A DNA stretch of 64,000 bases, taken from Patescibacteria group bacterium (GTDB lineage Bacteria; Patescibacteriota; Minisyncoccia; Phycocordibacterales; SIBU01). The notes below the pieces were generated by a model. The model was not told the origin of the DNA, did not search any database, and saw only the letters and a program-made list of their open reading frames with translations. Made by a program: the position numbers and the translations under genes. Each line of letters begins with the position of its first letter. Position 1 is the first letter of the stretch. This document shows positions 56,086 to 64,000 of this stretch, one piece after another. Location: positions 579-64,578 of the forward strand of contig JAZJZC010000004.1 of NCBI GenBank assembly GCA_040390045.1. Direction: 5' to 3'.

Positions 56086-57603
56086 ATGTCACCGAACCCC
56101 TATGAATATCAACCTTCTGTTGAAAGATCGGATCAATTCTTCAATTTTTATAAATCACTGGTCGAGGCAACCTCTTCCAACAATGGACTTAGTAATGAGG
56201 AGCTAGCCGTGCGGTTAGAAAAATTACGAAGTGAAAAATCCCTAATCGTCGATGCGCTGCCAGGCCTAAATGCACCTCGGGCAATGTCTATTATAGATCG
56301 ATTTCTAAGCGCAGAAGAGAATGCTTCAGATGAACAGGATATGAGCGGTTTTGTAACTCTTGGTTTGGAGCTATTTGAGCAGCTTCGACCGCAGATTGAG
56401 ATGGCATTGAAACGACATGATATTGACGAACTGAGAGTTTTAATTTCTTACTCTCATGTAGCTGAACATGGTCATGATAATCAGCCATATATGGCAATTG
56501 CTGGATTGATGGATCATATGGAAAGTATAGAAAAAAAAGTAATGGGCCCAGAGAATTTTGATCGATATCAGTATTTTGTGCAATTAATATTGGAAAGGGG
56601 GGATGTAAGCCAGCGTTCTGTGGCACGAGATCTTTTGATAAAATCTGCAGAGGCAAATATAGATAATCAAAAATTTTCTGGTTTGGTTTCTAGATTCTAC
56701 GCTGGTTTTAATAACGAGGAAATCGGAATGGAAATTATTCAAAAATTTTTGGTGCGTCATAAATTACCATTTACTGAGGTGTATTCTGCGTGGGGTGAAA
56801 GTGGTAATTACAAGAAAAGAAAACATGCCACGGAGGAAGATGGTGGAATGCTTTTTAGCACAGTTATTTATCGCAATCTGGATGTGATTCGTGAAGTTGA
56901 AGCCAAGAATCCAGGAACCTGTAGGTTTTTATATGACGAGTTTAACATTGCTGATTTTGGGCGTTATCCTGCGGAATTACTTTTGGATCAACGCAGAGAA
57001 TTTGATAGTCAAAAAAATCCGTATGGTGTTATTATTTATCCTCGCAATGATCATAATGGCGCTTTTTATCAGGACGCTCTTACGATTAAGGCGTTTTACG
57101 CGGATCTAAAGGGTGAGTTTAGTCTCCGCGTTGCTGAATGTGAAGGAAAGATTGATGTCGTGCGAGCGTTGCAAAAATTCGATGGGCTGTATAATCCAAC
57201 AGACGGAAGTGGCCATAAAATTTCTTTGCTGATTCTTGGAGGTCATGGTACAGAAAATTCTATTCAGTTTGGCGGAGGAGGAAAGAAGCATACTTTGTAT
57301 ACAGAAGATTTGTCGAGAAAAGTATCAACGAAAGCTGGCGGGTATCTTGATGAGAATCCCACAATAATTCTAGATTCATGTTCGACAGGTGCGGATAAGG
57401 GAATTGGGCAAGAATTATCAAGAAAATTTGGAGCGAAGGTGGTGGCTCCGAAAACACCTACGGGTTTGCGGAGCCTTCACGCTAGTCAGAGTAGCGGGGG
57501 TAGTTTTAGATTTAATGCACAGTATAGTACAAAAACAAAAAGCGTTTTCAAGCATGGAGAACCAGTTTTAACTCATGGGGAAAATCAAATTACAACGCAA
57601 TGA
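56086..57603 (+). CDS. hypothetical protein with possible C-terminal caspase/CHAT-like motifs
   Basis: DHNGAF, LILGGHG, IILDSCSTG (possible His/Cys dyad). Confidence 0.7.
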   Translation: MSPNPYEYQPSVERSDQFFNFYKSLVEATSSNNGLSNEELAVRLEKLRSEKSLIVDALPGLNAPRAMSIIDRFLSAEENASDEQDMSGFVTLGLELFEQLRPQIEMALKRHDIDELRVLISYSHVAEHGHDNQPYMAIAGLMDHMESIEKKVMGPENFDRYQYFVQLILERGDVSQRSVARDLLIKSAEANIDNQKFSGLVSRFYAGFNNEEIGMEIIQKFLVRHKLPFTEVYSAWGESGNYKKRKHATEEDGGMLFSTVIYRNLDVIREVEAKNPGTCRFLYDEFNIADFGRYPAELLLDQRREFDSQKNPYGVIIYPRNDHNGAFYQDALTIKAFYADLKGEFSLRVAECEGKIDVVRALQKFDGLYNPTDGSGHKISLLILGGHGTENSIQFGGGGKKHTLYTEDLSRKVSTKAGGYLDENPTIILDSCSTGADKGIGQELSRKFGAKVVAPKTPTGLRSLHASQSSGGSFRFNAQYSTKTKSVFKHGEPVLTHGENQITTQ

Positions 57604-57869
57604 AAAATATATCTTTCAAAGAAAAAGTTTTTTTAATAGTTCGAAAAATTCCCAAAGGAAAAGTTTTGACCTACAAGGAGGTTGCTCGTCGCGCGGGTAA
57701 TACAAATGCATCCCGTGCCGTGGGCGCCGTGTTGCGAACAAATTTAGACTTAGCCATTCCATGTCACCGTGTCATCCGAAGTGACGGTAGTTTCGCAGGA
57801 TACAATCGCGGTGGTACAAAAAGAAAAATCGAAATTCTCAGGAAGGAAGGATATACTTTCAGTCTATGA
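57600..57869 (+). CDS. MGMT family (O6-alkylguanine alkyltransferase DNA-binding domain) protein
   Basis: IPKGKVLTY..VA, RAVG, IPCHRV. Confidence 0.92.
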   Translation: MKNISFKEKVFLIVRKIPKGKVLTYKEVARRAGNTNASRAVGAVLRTNLDLAIPCHRVIRSDGSFAGYNRGGTKRKIEILRKEGYTFSL

Positions 57870-58255
57870 TTGTTGCTCAGAAATTAGTGAAAAAATTTGT
57901 AGAAGCTCGGGGTTGGGAAAACCAACTACCAGCAGATGTGGCGAAGTCGATCTCAATTGAAGCGGCGGAACTTCTTGAACTTTTTCAGTGGTCAAGTCCT
58001 AGAGCGGCTGATGTTAAAAACGACAAGCAGAAATTTTTTGATTTGAAATGTGAACTGGCCGACGTTTTAATTTACTGCATGCATATGGCCACAATTTTAG
58101 GATTGGATCCTGAGAAAATCGTGAGAGACAAATTGGTTATCGCTGGTAAAAAATATCCTGTGCGATTGGTGCGCAAGTACGGTGAAAATGATACGTCTGC
58201 CACGGAAAAATATTTAAAAATTAGAAACGCGTATCGTAAAAACCGAAAAAAATAA
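57866..58255 (+). CDS. MazG-like nucleotide pyrophosphohydrolase
   Basis: RGW, SISIEAAELLELFQW, ELADV, KYP. Confidence 0.9.
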   Translation: MIVAQKLVKKFVEARGWENQLPADVAKSISIEAAELLELFQWSSPRAADVKNDKQKFFDLKCELADVLIYCMHMATILGLDPEKIVRDKLVIAGKKYPVRLVRKYGENDTSATEKYLKIRNAYRKNRKK

Positions 58256-58259
58256 TCAC

Positions 58260-58691
58260 ATGGCAAAATACTGGACAGCAAAAAATTACGAGGACGTCGA
58301 AAAAGCGGAAGTTTTTTCAGAGCTTTTTGTTGTGGCTAGTGAAATCCTGAACTCAATTCCCGAACCAGTGGCTTTAGTCTCAGGACCGATTTCAACGGGG
58401 GGACTTGGATCAATTGAAAAAAATTTAGAGGTGATGGCACGAAATATTGCCGCTTTAGAGAAAAAGGGTGTGCACATTTTTAATCAATTGCCGTTTGAAA
58501 ATAAATTTAAGGAATTTTCTAAAAATTCGAAGGAATACTACACACCGATACTTGATCATTTTTACCTTCCGCTTTTTCAAACTGGAAAAATTACCAAAAT
58601 TTTCTTTGTGCCTGGTTGGGAAACTTCTACTGGAGCCAAGTGGGAATACGAGCAGGCTGAAAAGCTTGGAATCGAAAAAATCTTACTCTAA
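58260..58691 (+). CDS. DUF4406-like protein
   Basis: VSGPISTGG, IFNQ, PGWETSTGAKWEY..A. Confidence 0.7.
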   Translation: MAKYWTAKNYEDVEKAEVFSELFVVASEILNSIPEPVALVSGPISTGGLGSIEKNLEVMARNIAALEKKGVHIFNQLPFENKFKEFSKNSKEYYTPILDHFYLPLFQTGKITKIFFVPGWETSTGAKWEYEQAEKLGIEKILL

Positions 58692-58836
58692 AAGTCTAAG
58701 GTTGATTTGCGTTGAATCCCGCTAGAAAAGGTGCTAGTCTCAAATTGTTGTCTTGCGGGCAAGGCCGGGTTGCTAGGGATTCACCTCGGTGAATTCCGCC
58801 CATAACCTCCAAGAGACACACGAAGGGATCGTTGAC

Positions 58837-60132
58837 ATGAGAACATCTGCAATCACACACGGTGTCAGAATAGCCCGGCTGTTAGAGTCGGGTCAGTTGC
58901 GTACTCAGGACTTGGCGAAGTTTGCCGAGAAAGCCGAAGCCGCCTTTTACCCAGACGATGAAGTTGGCCGGACCGTTTCCATAGCGTTTACCATTGCCCT
59001 CGCGGCCGTTGATGACCGTGGTCCCAAGCTGGGACAGTTGGAGGCTTCCGTGTCCAAAGAGGTCTGGAACAATGAGGCAAAATGTGGCAGTTTAATCACT
59101 AAATTGGAGGATGCAGTGAAAGCCCGAAATGTTTTGGGTCAGGAACAGTTGGCCCGCGTTTGTGGATTGAAGGCTGAACTTGGTATTGAATTCTCGGTGC
59201 ATCCGCGGATCGAGTTCCCTGACGCCCTTGCTCTCGCATCGGCTCTTGTTGCACGAGCGCCACACGCGAAAAACGATTACGTTCATATGATGGAGGCACA
59301 AGGAGCTCTTGCACGGGCTTACCGGGAACTTCCTGGAAGTCTCCTGACGATGGAAGCCTGGCTTTTGAATATTGAGGCGAGGCTTCGACGTGGCAAAGAT
59401 GAGTGGGATTTTGCCGGTCTTGGTGCTGATTCAATGCCTAAATACTGTCCCTTACGGCCATGGGCATTCAATTCGCTTTTTCGAGTGACTCAATTACCAG
59501 CAGATTTTTCCGCCGCGCGATCTGCCGCGGAATTATTTCTGGACTTGGACCACGAGAAGGAAGCAAACCGCCCGCTTATAAACGCGGGATTGCACGCGCT
59601 CATTGCCCTTGCAGAGATTGCGGATTACAGTGGTCAGAAAGATTTGCAACCGGAAATTAAAGCCATCAACCAGGAGGTCCTGGGCTGGGTTGATGCCGCG
59701 CCGGAACAACTCTGCCTTGCTGACAGGATTGAAGTTTTGGTGAGGCTTTTTGGTGCGACCCGCGATCCGAAGTATGCTGTCCGATGCAGTAATTTGATGG
59801 CTTCGACAACTACCGGAGTTCCAAATGTGATCGAGAGCTACATCCGTCTTTTTGGTTTCGGTTATACCGATCTAAAAGCGGATTACTTGCTCAGGCAGGT
59901 AAAGGTATATGGAGATGAGGGGATAGTTGGGCGTCGGCGAAAAGCTAGTCTACTCCTACTGGCCATCGAAAATTCGGTCGTGAATAAAGTGGATGCTCCG
60001 AAAGTTTGGCGTGAGGCCTACGCCTTCGCCGAGCAGGAATTGGGTGACGCAGAAAAGTTCGAACTTTTCTGCCGCCTCGCCCGCGTGGCGAAGACGATGG
60101 CAGAGGTGCCAGTGTTTCCGCCGAAGTCGTAA
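58837..60132 (+). CDS. hypothetical helical protein
   Basis: Long, more GC-rich ORF followed by hairpin plus T-tract. Confidence 0.7.
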   Translation: MRTSAITHGVRIARLLESGQLRTQDLAKFAEKAEAAFYPDDEVGRTVSIAFTIALAAVDDRGPKLGQLEASVSKEVWNNEAKCGSLITKLEDAVKARNVLGQEQLARVCGLKAELGIEFSVHPRIEFPDALALASALVARAPHAKNDYVHMMEAQGALARAYRELPGSLLTMEAWLLNIEARLRRGKDEWDFAGLGADSMPKYCPLRPWAFNSLFRVTQLPADFSAARSAAELFLDLDHEKEANRPLINAGLHALIALAEIADYSGQKDLQPEIKAINQEVLGWVDAAPEQLCLADRIEVLVRLFGATRDPKYAVRCSNLMASTTTGVPNVIESYIRLFGFGYTDLKADYLLRQVKVYGDEGIVGRRRKASLLLLAIENSVVNKVDAPKVWREAYAFAEQELGDAEKFELFCRLARVAKTMAEVPVFPPKS

Positions 60133-60195
60133 GGAGTTCTTTTATTTTTTCCAGCCGAGTTGCCCAGCGCATCTCGGTTTTTTCTTTTGCCCGCT

Positions 60196-60235
60196 ACCCG
60201 TCAACCTGCCACGTCGACGTGGCAGGTTGACGGGT
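60196..60235. repeat. perfect 40-bp palindrome
   Basis: ACCCGTCAACCTGCCACGTC|GACGTGGCAGGTTGACGGGT. Confidence 0.9.
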
Positions 60236-60424
60236 GTCGAAATGCCATTCGCACATTCGTACGAATGGGCGAATAACAATCATTATTTGACGCTTTTTTA
60301 AAATGCTGTATGTTGAAACTCGGTCTGTTCTTTGCAAGCAATTGTCGAGACAACCAACTCACGGCGAAGCTGGCCTTGTGTCAGACGTAGCCAAAGCGAA
60401 ACGCAGAATTGAAAGGATCAACCT

Positions 60425-61354
60425 ATGCTACATGCAAAGGGTAGTCTTAGCAGTGTGGAAGATGGTCACGGCATGCACAGATGGAATCCCTATCATGTGG
60501 GACACAACCTGACATCGCCGGTCCTAGATGCACTTGGAAGGAACAAAGTCGAAGCCGGTCATTTAGGTTTACTTCTGAAAGATAGGGATCGACTTGAACG
60601 TGTCGCGCGGATGATTCGTTGTGGTGGATGGTCTCTTACAGAAATGGAGGCTAGAGCATTCGATGTCCTCGGTGAATCGAGGATGCATATTGCAGATCAA
60701 GTCACAGGTTTGTGGGAGAGGCGGAAGGCTACTCTGCAAATGAAGAGTTTTGCTCTTCCGTGCGACATGATTATGGCTGCGCCGGAACGGCTCGTGTTTA
60801 TCCTGGGACTTCCTCTGATGGAAATGTACGAAAAAATCTGCCAGCATCCTCTTATTTCCCATCGACTGATGACGGAGAAAGTGCTGCCACAAATTAAAAA
60901 ATGGGAAAAGGAATATGAGCCAGCACAAGCTGGCTACCACCTCATTCGTCCACTTCAATACCAGGACAAGATTCGCTGGAATGAAGAGTCGCATGGGCGA
61001 AATATTACCCGGGAAGAAACCCTGGAGGTAATAGACTCGATCGAACCGGCCTTCCAGTATGCTTCACCCGCACTTGTTCTGGAGGCCATGATCTCGCATC
61101 TATACATCGTCGGCTACAGCGAAAAAGTTGACGAGGACACCAACGTGATCAGTCAGTTCAGTCACCGTGTCCCTGTTTCTAGGTCGGTTACTACGGTGGC
61201 GGCCGCAAATTTTGTTGGCTGCTTTTTCACCTCAGACGGAGGAGGGGAAACCTTTCCAGCAAGCAATCGAAAGCCGAAAGAGTATTATCTCGCAGTTATG
61301 CACTACCCATGGAATGGTTGGTCAGGCAATACGGTTATTTCTCGGAAACTTTGA
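60425..61354 (+). CDS. hypothetical protein
   Basis: 309 aa, AAAGGA before ATG, terminator GCCCCGCGAC/GTCGCGGGGC plus T-tract. Confidence 0.7.
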   Translation: MLHAKGSLSSVEDGHGMHRWNPYHVGHNLTSPVLDALGRNKVEAGHLGLLLKDRDRLERVARMIRCGGWSLTEMEARAFDVLGESRMHIADQVTGLWERRKATLQMKSFALPCDMIMAAPERLVFILGLPLMEMYEKICQHPLISHRLMTEKVLPQIKKWEKEYEPAQAGYHLIRPLQYQDKIRWNEESHGRNITREETLEVIDSIEPAFQYASPALVLEAMISHLYIVGYSEKVDEDTNVISQFSHRVPVSRSVTTVAAANFVGCFFTSDGGGETFPASNRKPKEYYLAVMHYPWNGWSGNTVISRKL

Positions 61355-61445
61355 GTTAATTTTTTTTCGTGCCCCGCGACTGCGTCGCGGGGCTTTTCTT
61401 TTTATGAGTTTTGAGAAATTTGCTGAATTCTGTATAATTGCCACC

Positions 61446-63218
61446 ATGATGACTTCCAGCGAAATCCGCCAGAAATTTCTAAAATTTTTTGAGAAACGTG
61501 GTCACGCTGTGATTCCGTCGGCATCGCTTGTGCCTGAAAATGATCCTTCTGTGCTTTTTAATACTGCAGGGATGCAACCCTTGGTGCCCTATCTTTTAGG
61601 AAAAAAGCATTCTAAAGGTACTCGTTTGGTTAATGTTCAAAAATGTGTTCGCACTCAAGATATCGATGAAGTTGGAGACAACACGCACGATACTTTTTTT
61701 GAAATGCTTGGTAATTGGTCACTCGGGGACTATTTTAAAGAAGATGCTATTAAATGGAGTTATGAACTTTTAACCTCTAAAGAGGAAGGATTTGGGTTGG
61801 ATCCAAAGAGGTTGTATGTAACGGTTTTTGGAGGAAATGATGACGCGCCGAAAGACATGGAGAGTTTTGAAATTTGGAAAAAGTATATTCCTGAGAATCG
61901 AATATATTTTTTAACGTGGAACGGAAAGAAAGAGCCAAATTGGTGGGACGCAGGAGCGGATGGTCCCTGTGGCCCAGATACAGAAATGTTTTATGATATT
62001 ACTGAAGAGGGAATTGGCGATATGACCAAGGAGGAATATTTGCGCGCTGATAGTGAGCAAAAAGTGGTGGAAATCTGGAACGATGTGTTCATGGAATTTG
62101 TTAAAAAGGATGGAAAAGTAACTGGAAAACTTTCTGCCAAAAATGTTGATACAGGTTCGGGTCTCGAACGGCTGGTCATGGCCATTCAAAAGAGGGATAA
62201 CGTTTTTGCCACGGATCTATTTCAGCCGCTCATGGACAAGATCGATGAATTTACCTCTACGAAGGATCAAACCTTAATCAAATCAAAAAGAATTGTAGCA
62301 GATCACATCCGAACCTCGGTGTTTATGATTGGAGACGGAGTTGTTCCGTCAAATACCGAGCAGGGGTATATCCTAAGAAGGTTGTTACGCCGAGCAGTTA
62401 GACATGCAGACAAACTTTCAATGAAGCACGGTTCACTTTTCTGGATTGCGGAAACGGTTATTGAAAAATACAAGGAGGTGTATCCAGAACTGCTTGAACG
62501 AAAAGAGATAATAAAAACTGAAATTGATAAGGAAGAGCAGAAATTTAGAACCACGCTTGATCGAGGTTTGAAAGAATTTGAAAAAGGAACGGATCCTTTT
62601 ACACTTTTTTCAAGTTATGGATTTCCAATTGAACTGACGATGGAGTTGGCACAGGAAAAAGGTGTTGTGATTGACATAGAAAAATTTAATGAAGAATTTA
62701 AAAAACATCAGGAACTTTCACGCTCTGGTGCTGAGCAAAAATTTAAAGGCGGCTTGGCCGACGCGGGGAATCCAACAGTTGTAAAATATCATACAGCGAC
62801 GCACTTACTTCATCAGGCTTTGCACGACGTGCTCGGAGAAAATGCCAATCAAAAGGGAAGTAACATTACGCCAGAGCGACTACGATTTGATTTTTCACAT
62901 GATACGAAAATGACTGATGAAGAAAAAAAACGAGTGGAAGATATTGTAAACAAAAAAATTACAGAAGCAATGCCAGTAGGTAATGTTATTTTGCCTCGTA
63001 CCGAGGCTGAGAAAGTTGGTGCGCGACATTTCTTTGGCGAAAAATACGGAGAGGAAATTTCGATTTATTTTATCGGTAACGATTTACAATCAGCATATTC
63101 CAAAGAATTTTGCGGTGGCCCACACGTCAAAAACACCTCAGAAATCGGACATTTTAAAATTGTTAAAGAAGAGGCAGTTTCAGCTGGAGTTCGGAGAATT
63201 AAGGCGGTGATTAGTTAG
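61446..63218 (+). CDS. alaS: alanine--tRNA ligase (lacking the C-Ala domain)
   Basis: LFNTAGMQP, HDTFFEMLGNWS, DTGSGLER, ADHIR, HTATHLL, CGGPH; ends at GVRRIKA. Confidence 0.97.
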   Translation: MMTSSEIRQKFLKFFEKRGHAVIPSASLVPENDPSVLFNTAGMQPLVPYLLGKKHSKGTRLVNVQKCVRTQDIDEVGDNTHDTFFEMLGNWSLGDYFKEDAIKWSYELLTSKEEGFGLDPKRLYVTVFGGNDDAPKDMESFEIWKKYIPENRIYFLTWNGKKEPNWWDAGADGPCGPDTEMFYDITEEGIGDMTKEEYLRADSEQKVVEIWNDVFMEFVKKDGKVTGKLSAKNVDTGSGLERLVMAIQKRDNVFATDLFQPLMDKIDEFTSTKDQTLIKSKRIVADHIRTSVFMIGDGVVPSNTEQGYILRRLLRRAVRHADKLSMKHGSLFWIAETVIEKYKEVYPELLERKEIIKTEIDKEEQKFRTTLDRGLKEFEKGTDPFTLFSSYGFPIELTMELAQEKGVVIDIEKFNEEFKKHQELSRSGAEQKFKGGLADAGNPTVVKYHTATHLLHQALHDVLGENANQKGSNITPERLRFDFSHDTKMTDEEKKRVEDIVNKKITEAMPVGNVILPRTEAEKVGARHFFGEKYGEEISIYFIGNDLQSAYSKEFCGGPHVKNTSEIGHFKIVKEEAVSAGVRRIKAVIS

Positions 63219-63245
63219 CCAAACTCAGCCTTTACCGGCTCATTT

Positions 63246-63338
63246 ATGTGCAACACCGGGTGTTGCACATTTCTTCACAAATTTATAAATTCCTCACATA
63301 CATTAATAACACACGGCCGGGTGTTATTAATGTATGTG
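63246..63338. repeat. pair of palindromes between convergent genes
   Basis: ATGTGCAACACC G GGTGTTGCACAT and CACATACATTAATAACAC..GTGTTATTAATGTATGTG. Confidence 0.7.
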
Positions 63339-63380
63339 GCTCAGTTGATAAGTATCACTAAAGAAAAAACCGCAGAAATA

Positions 63381-63632
63381 TTATCTGCGGCTCGATGAAA
63401 AATAGCCCATTGGCAAATCGGGTATTTCCAAAAATTTTACATCATCTGGGTCGACCGATTTGTCCCCGATCACCACTGTGTCTCGGTCTACCTTGCCAAT
63501 ACTTCCTGACAAGACATCCCCTCGCGGATTACGCGGGTACAAAACCACTTTATGGCCACGCTGCTCCGCTGTGCGCAGGCCTCTAAGTAAATTTGCTGTA
63601 TGTAGCGCATCAACTAATAAATTGTCGCTCAT
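63381..63632 (-). CDS. small hypothetical protein
   Basis: 83 aa, beta-rich pattern, TTGACT-type promoter upstream. Confidence 0.5.
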   Translation of the reverse strand: MSDNLLVDALHTANLLRGLRTAEQRGHKVVLYPRNPRGDVLSGSIGKVDRDTVVIGDKSVDPDDVKFLEIPDLPMGYFSSSRR

Positions 63633-63778
63633 AGCATATGTCTTTCGATGGGTGTTTGTACTGCACTACTATTTCAAGAATATCTGTAATCACTGAGTGA
63701 AGTCAAGCAATATTCTCTATCTCTAATGCTCCATGCTGTGTGTTCCATGCTTCATGCTCCCCGTGCTATAATTTCCCC

Positions 63779-64000
63779 ATGGGTTTTTTGAACTTTTCAA
63801 AAAAAACAACCAAACCGGTTGAAATTATCTTGGACATTGGCAACAACACTGTCGGTGGCGGTATTTTTGAGCGCGGCCAAAATGGTCACGCGACTCTCTT
63901 GTATTCTGCTCGCGAATCTATCACTCAGCAAGGCGTGTTAACGGGAGAAAGTTTACTTAACGCTACTACTCGTTCGCTCGACCTTGTGCTCGTGCACCTC
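63779..64000 (+). CDS. partial CDS with an actin-like ATPase (FtsA/PilM-like) N-terminus
   Basis: MGFLNFSKKTTKPVEIILDIGNNTVGGG; TGCTATAAT 6 nt before ATG; runs off the window. Confidence 0.65.
   Translation, partial: MGFLNFSKKTTKPVEIILDIGNNTVGGGIFERGQNGHATLLYSARESITQQGVLTGESLLNATTRSLDLVLVHL

Noticed and set aside
32505-63218. Short ValS and AlaS as pseudogenes
   Set aside because: Catalytic motifs are intact and the frames are clean; loss of C-terminal domains fits genome reduction.
1-64000. Prophage, IS transposase, rRNA or alternative genetic code
   Set aside because: No phage structural, integrase or transposase ORFs and no rRNA motifs were seen; TGA terminates ftsZ and other genes normally.

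Overview
Chromosomal window from a small-genome bacterium, most likely Patescibacteria/CPR (Parcubacteria-like). This is inferred from short ValS and AlaS, CPR-typical conserved hypotheticals and many apparently leaderless genes; the ORFs read in code 11. Housekeeping content includes lemA, a class II RNR, murJ, lepA, valS, tsaD, trxB, ftsZ/ftsA, ybeY, rpsU, lepB, mltG, mnmA, alaS, 7 tRNAs and RNase P RNA, plus a GH130/GT4 mannoside cluster and many orphan genes. The most unusual signal is non-coding. (1) Six of seven tRNA genes carry a trailer of antisense copy of that tRNA's own 3' end, then a structured core (covarying in five of the six), then a second direct copy of the 3' end. All six lack an encoded CCA; the one tRNA with CCA has no trailer. 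(2) A four-unit, 116-131 nt-period array of covarying stem-loops with ~30-nt variable inserts lies upstream of an ATP-cone/PD-(D/E)xK nuclease gene. (3) The RNase P RNA is 788 nt, inflated by palindromic repeats. (4) Duplicated, palindrome-interrupted 5' copies precede tRNA-Gly (with a GIY-YIG-like remnant) and tsaD. (5) Heptamer repeats sit in frame within essential proteins. All calls come from reading the sequence by eye; no database search or folding was run.
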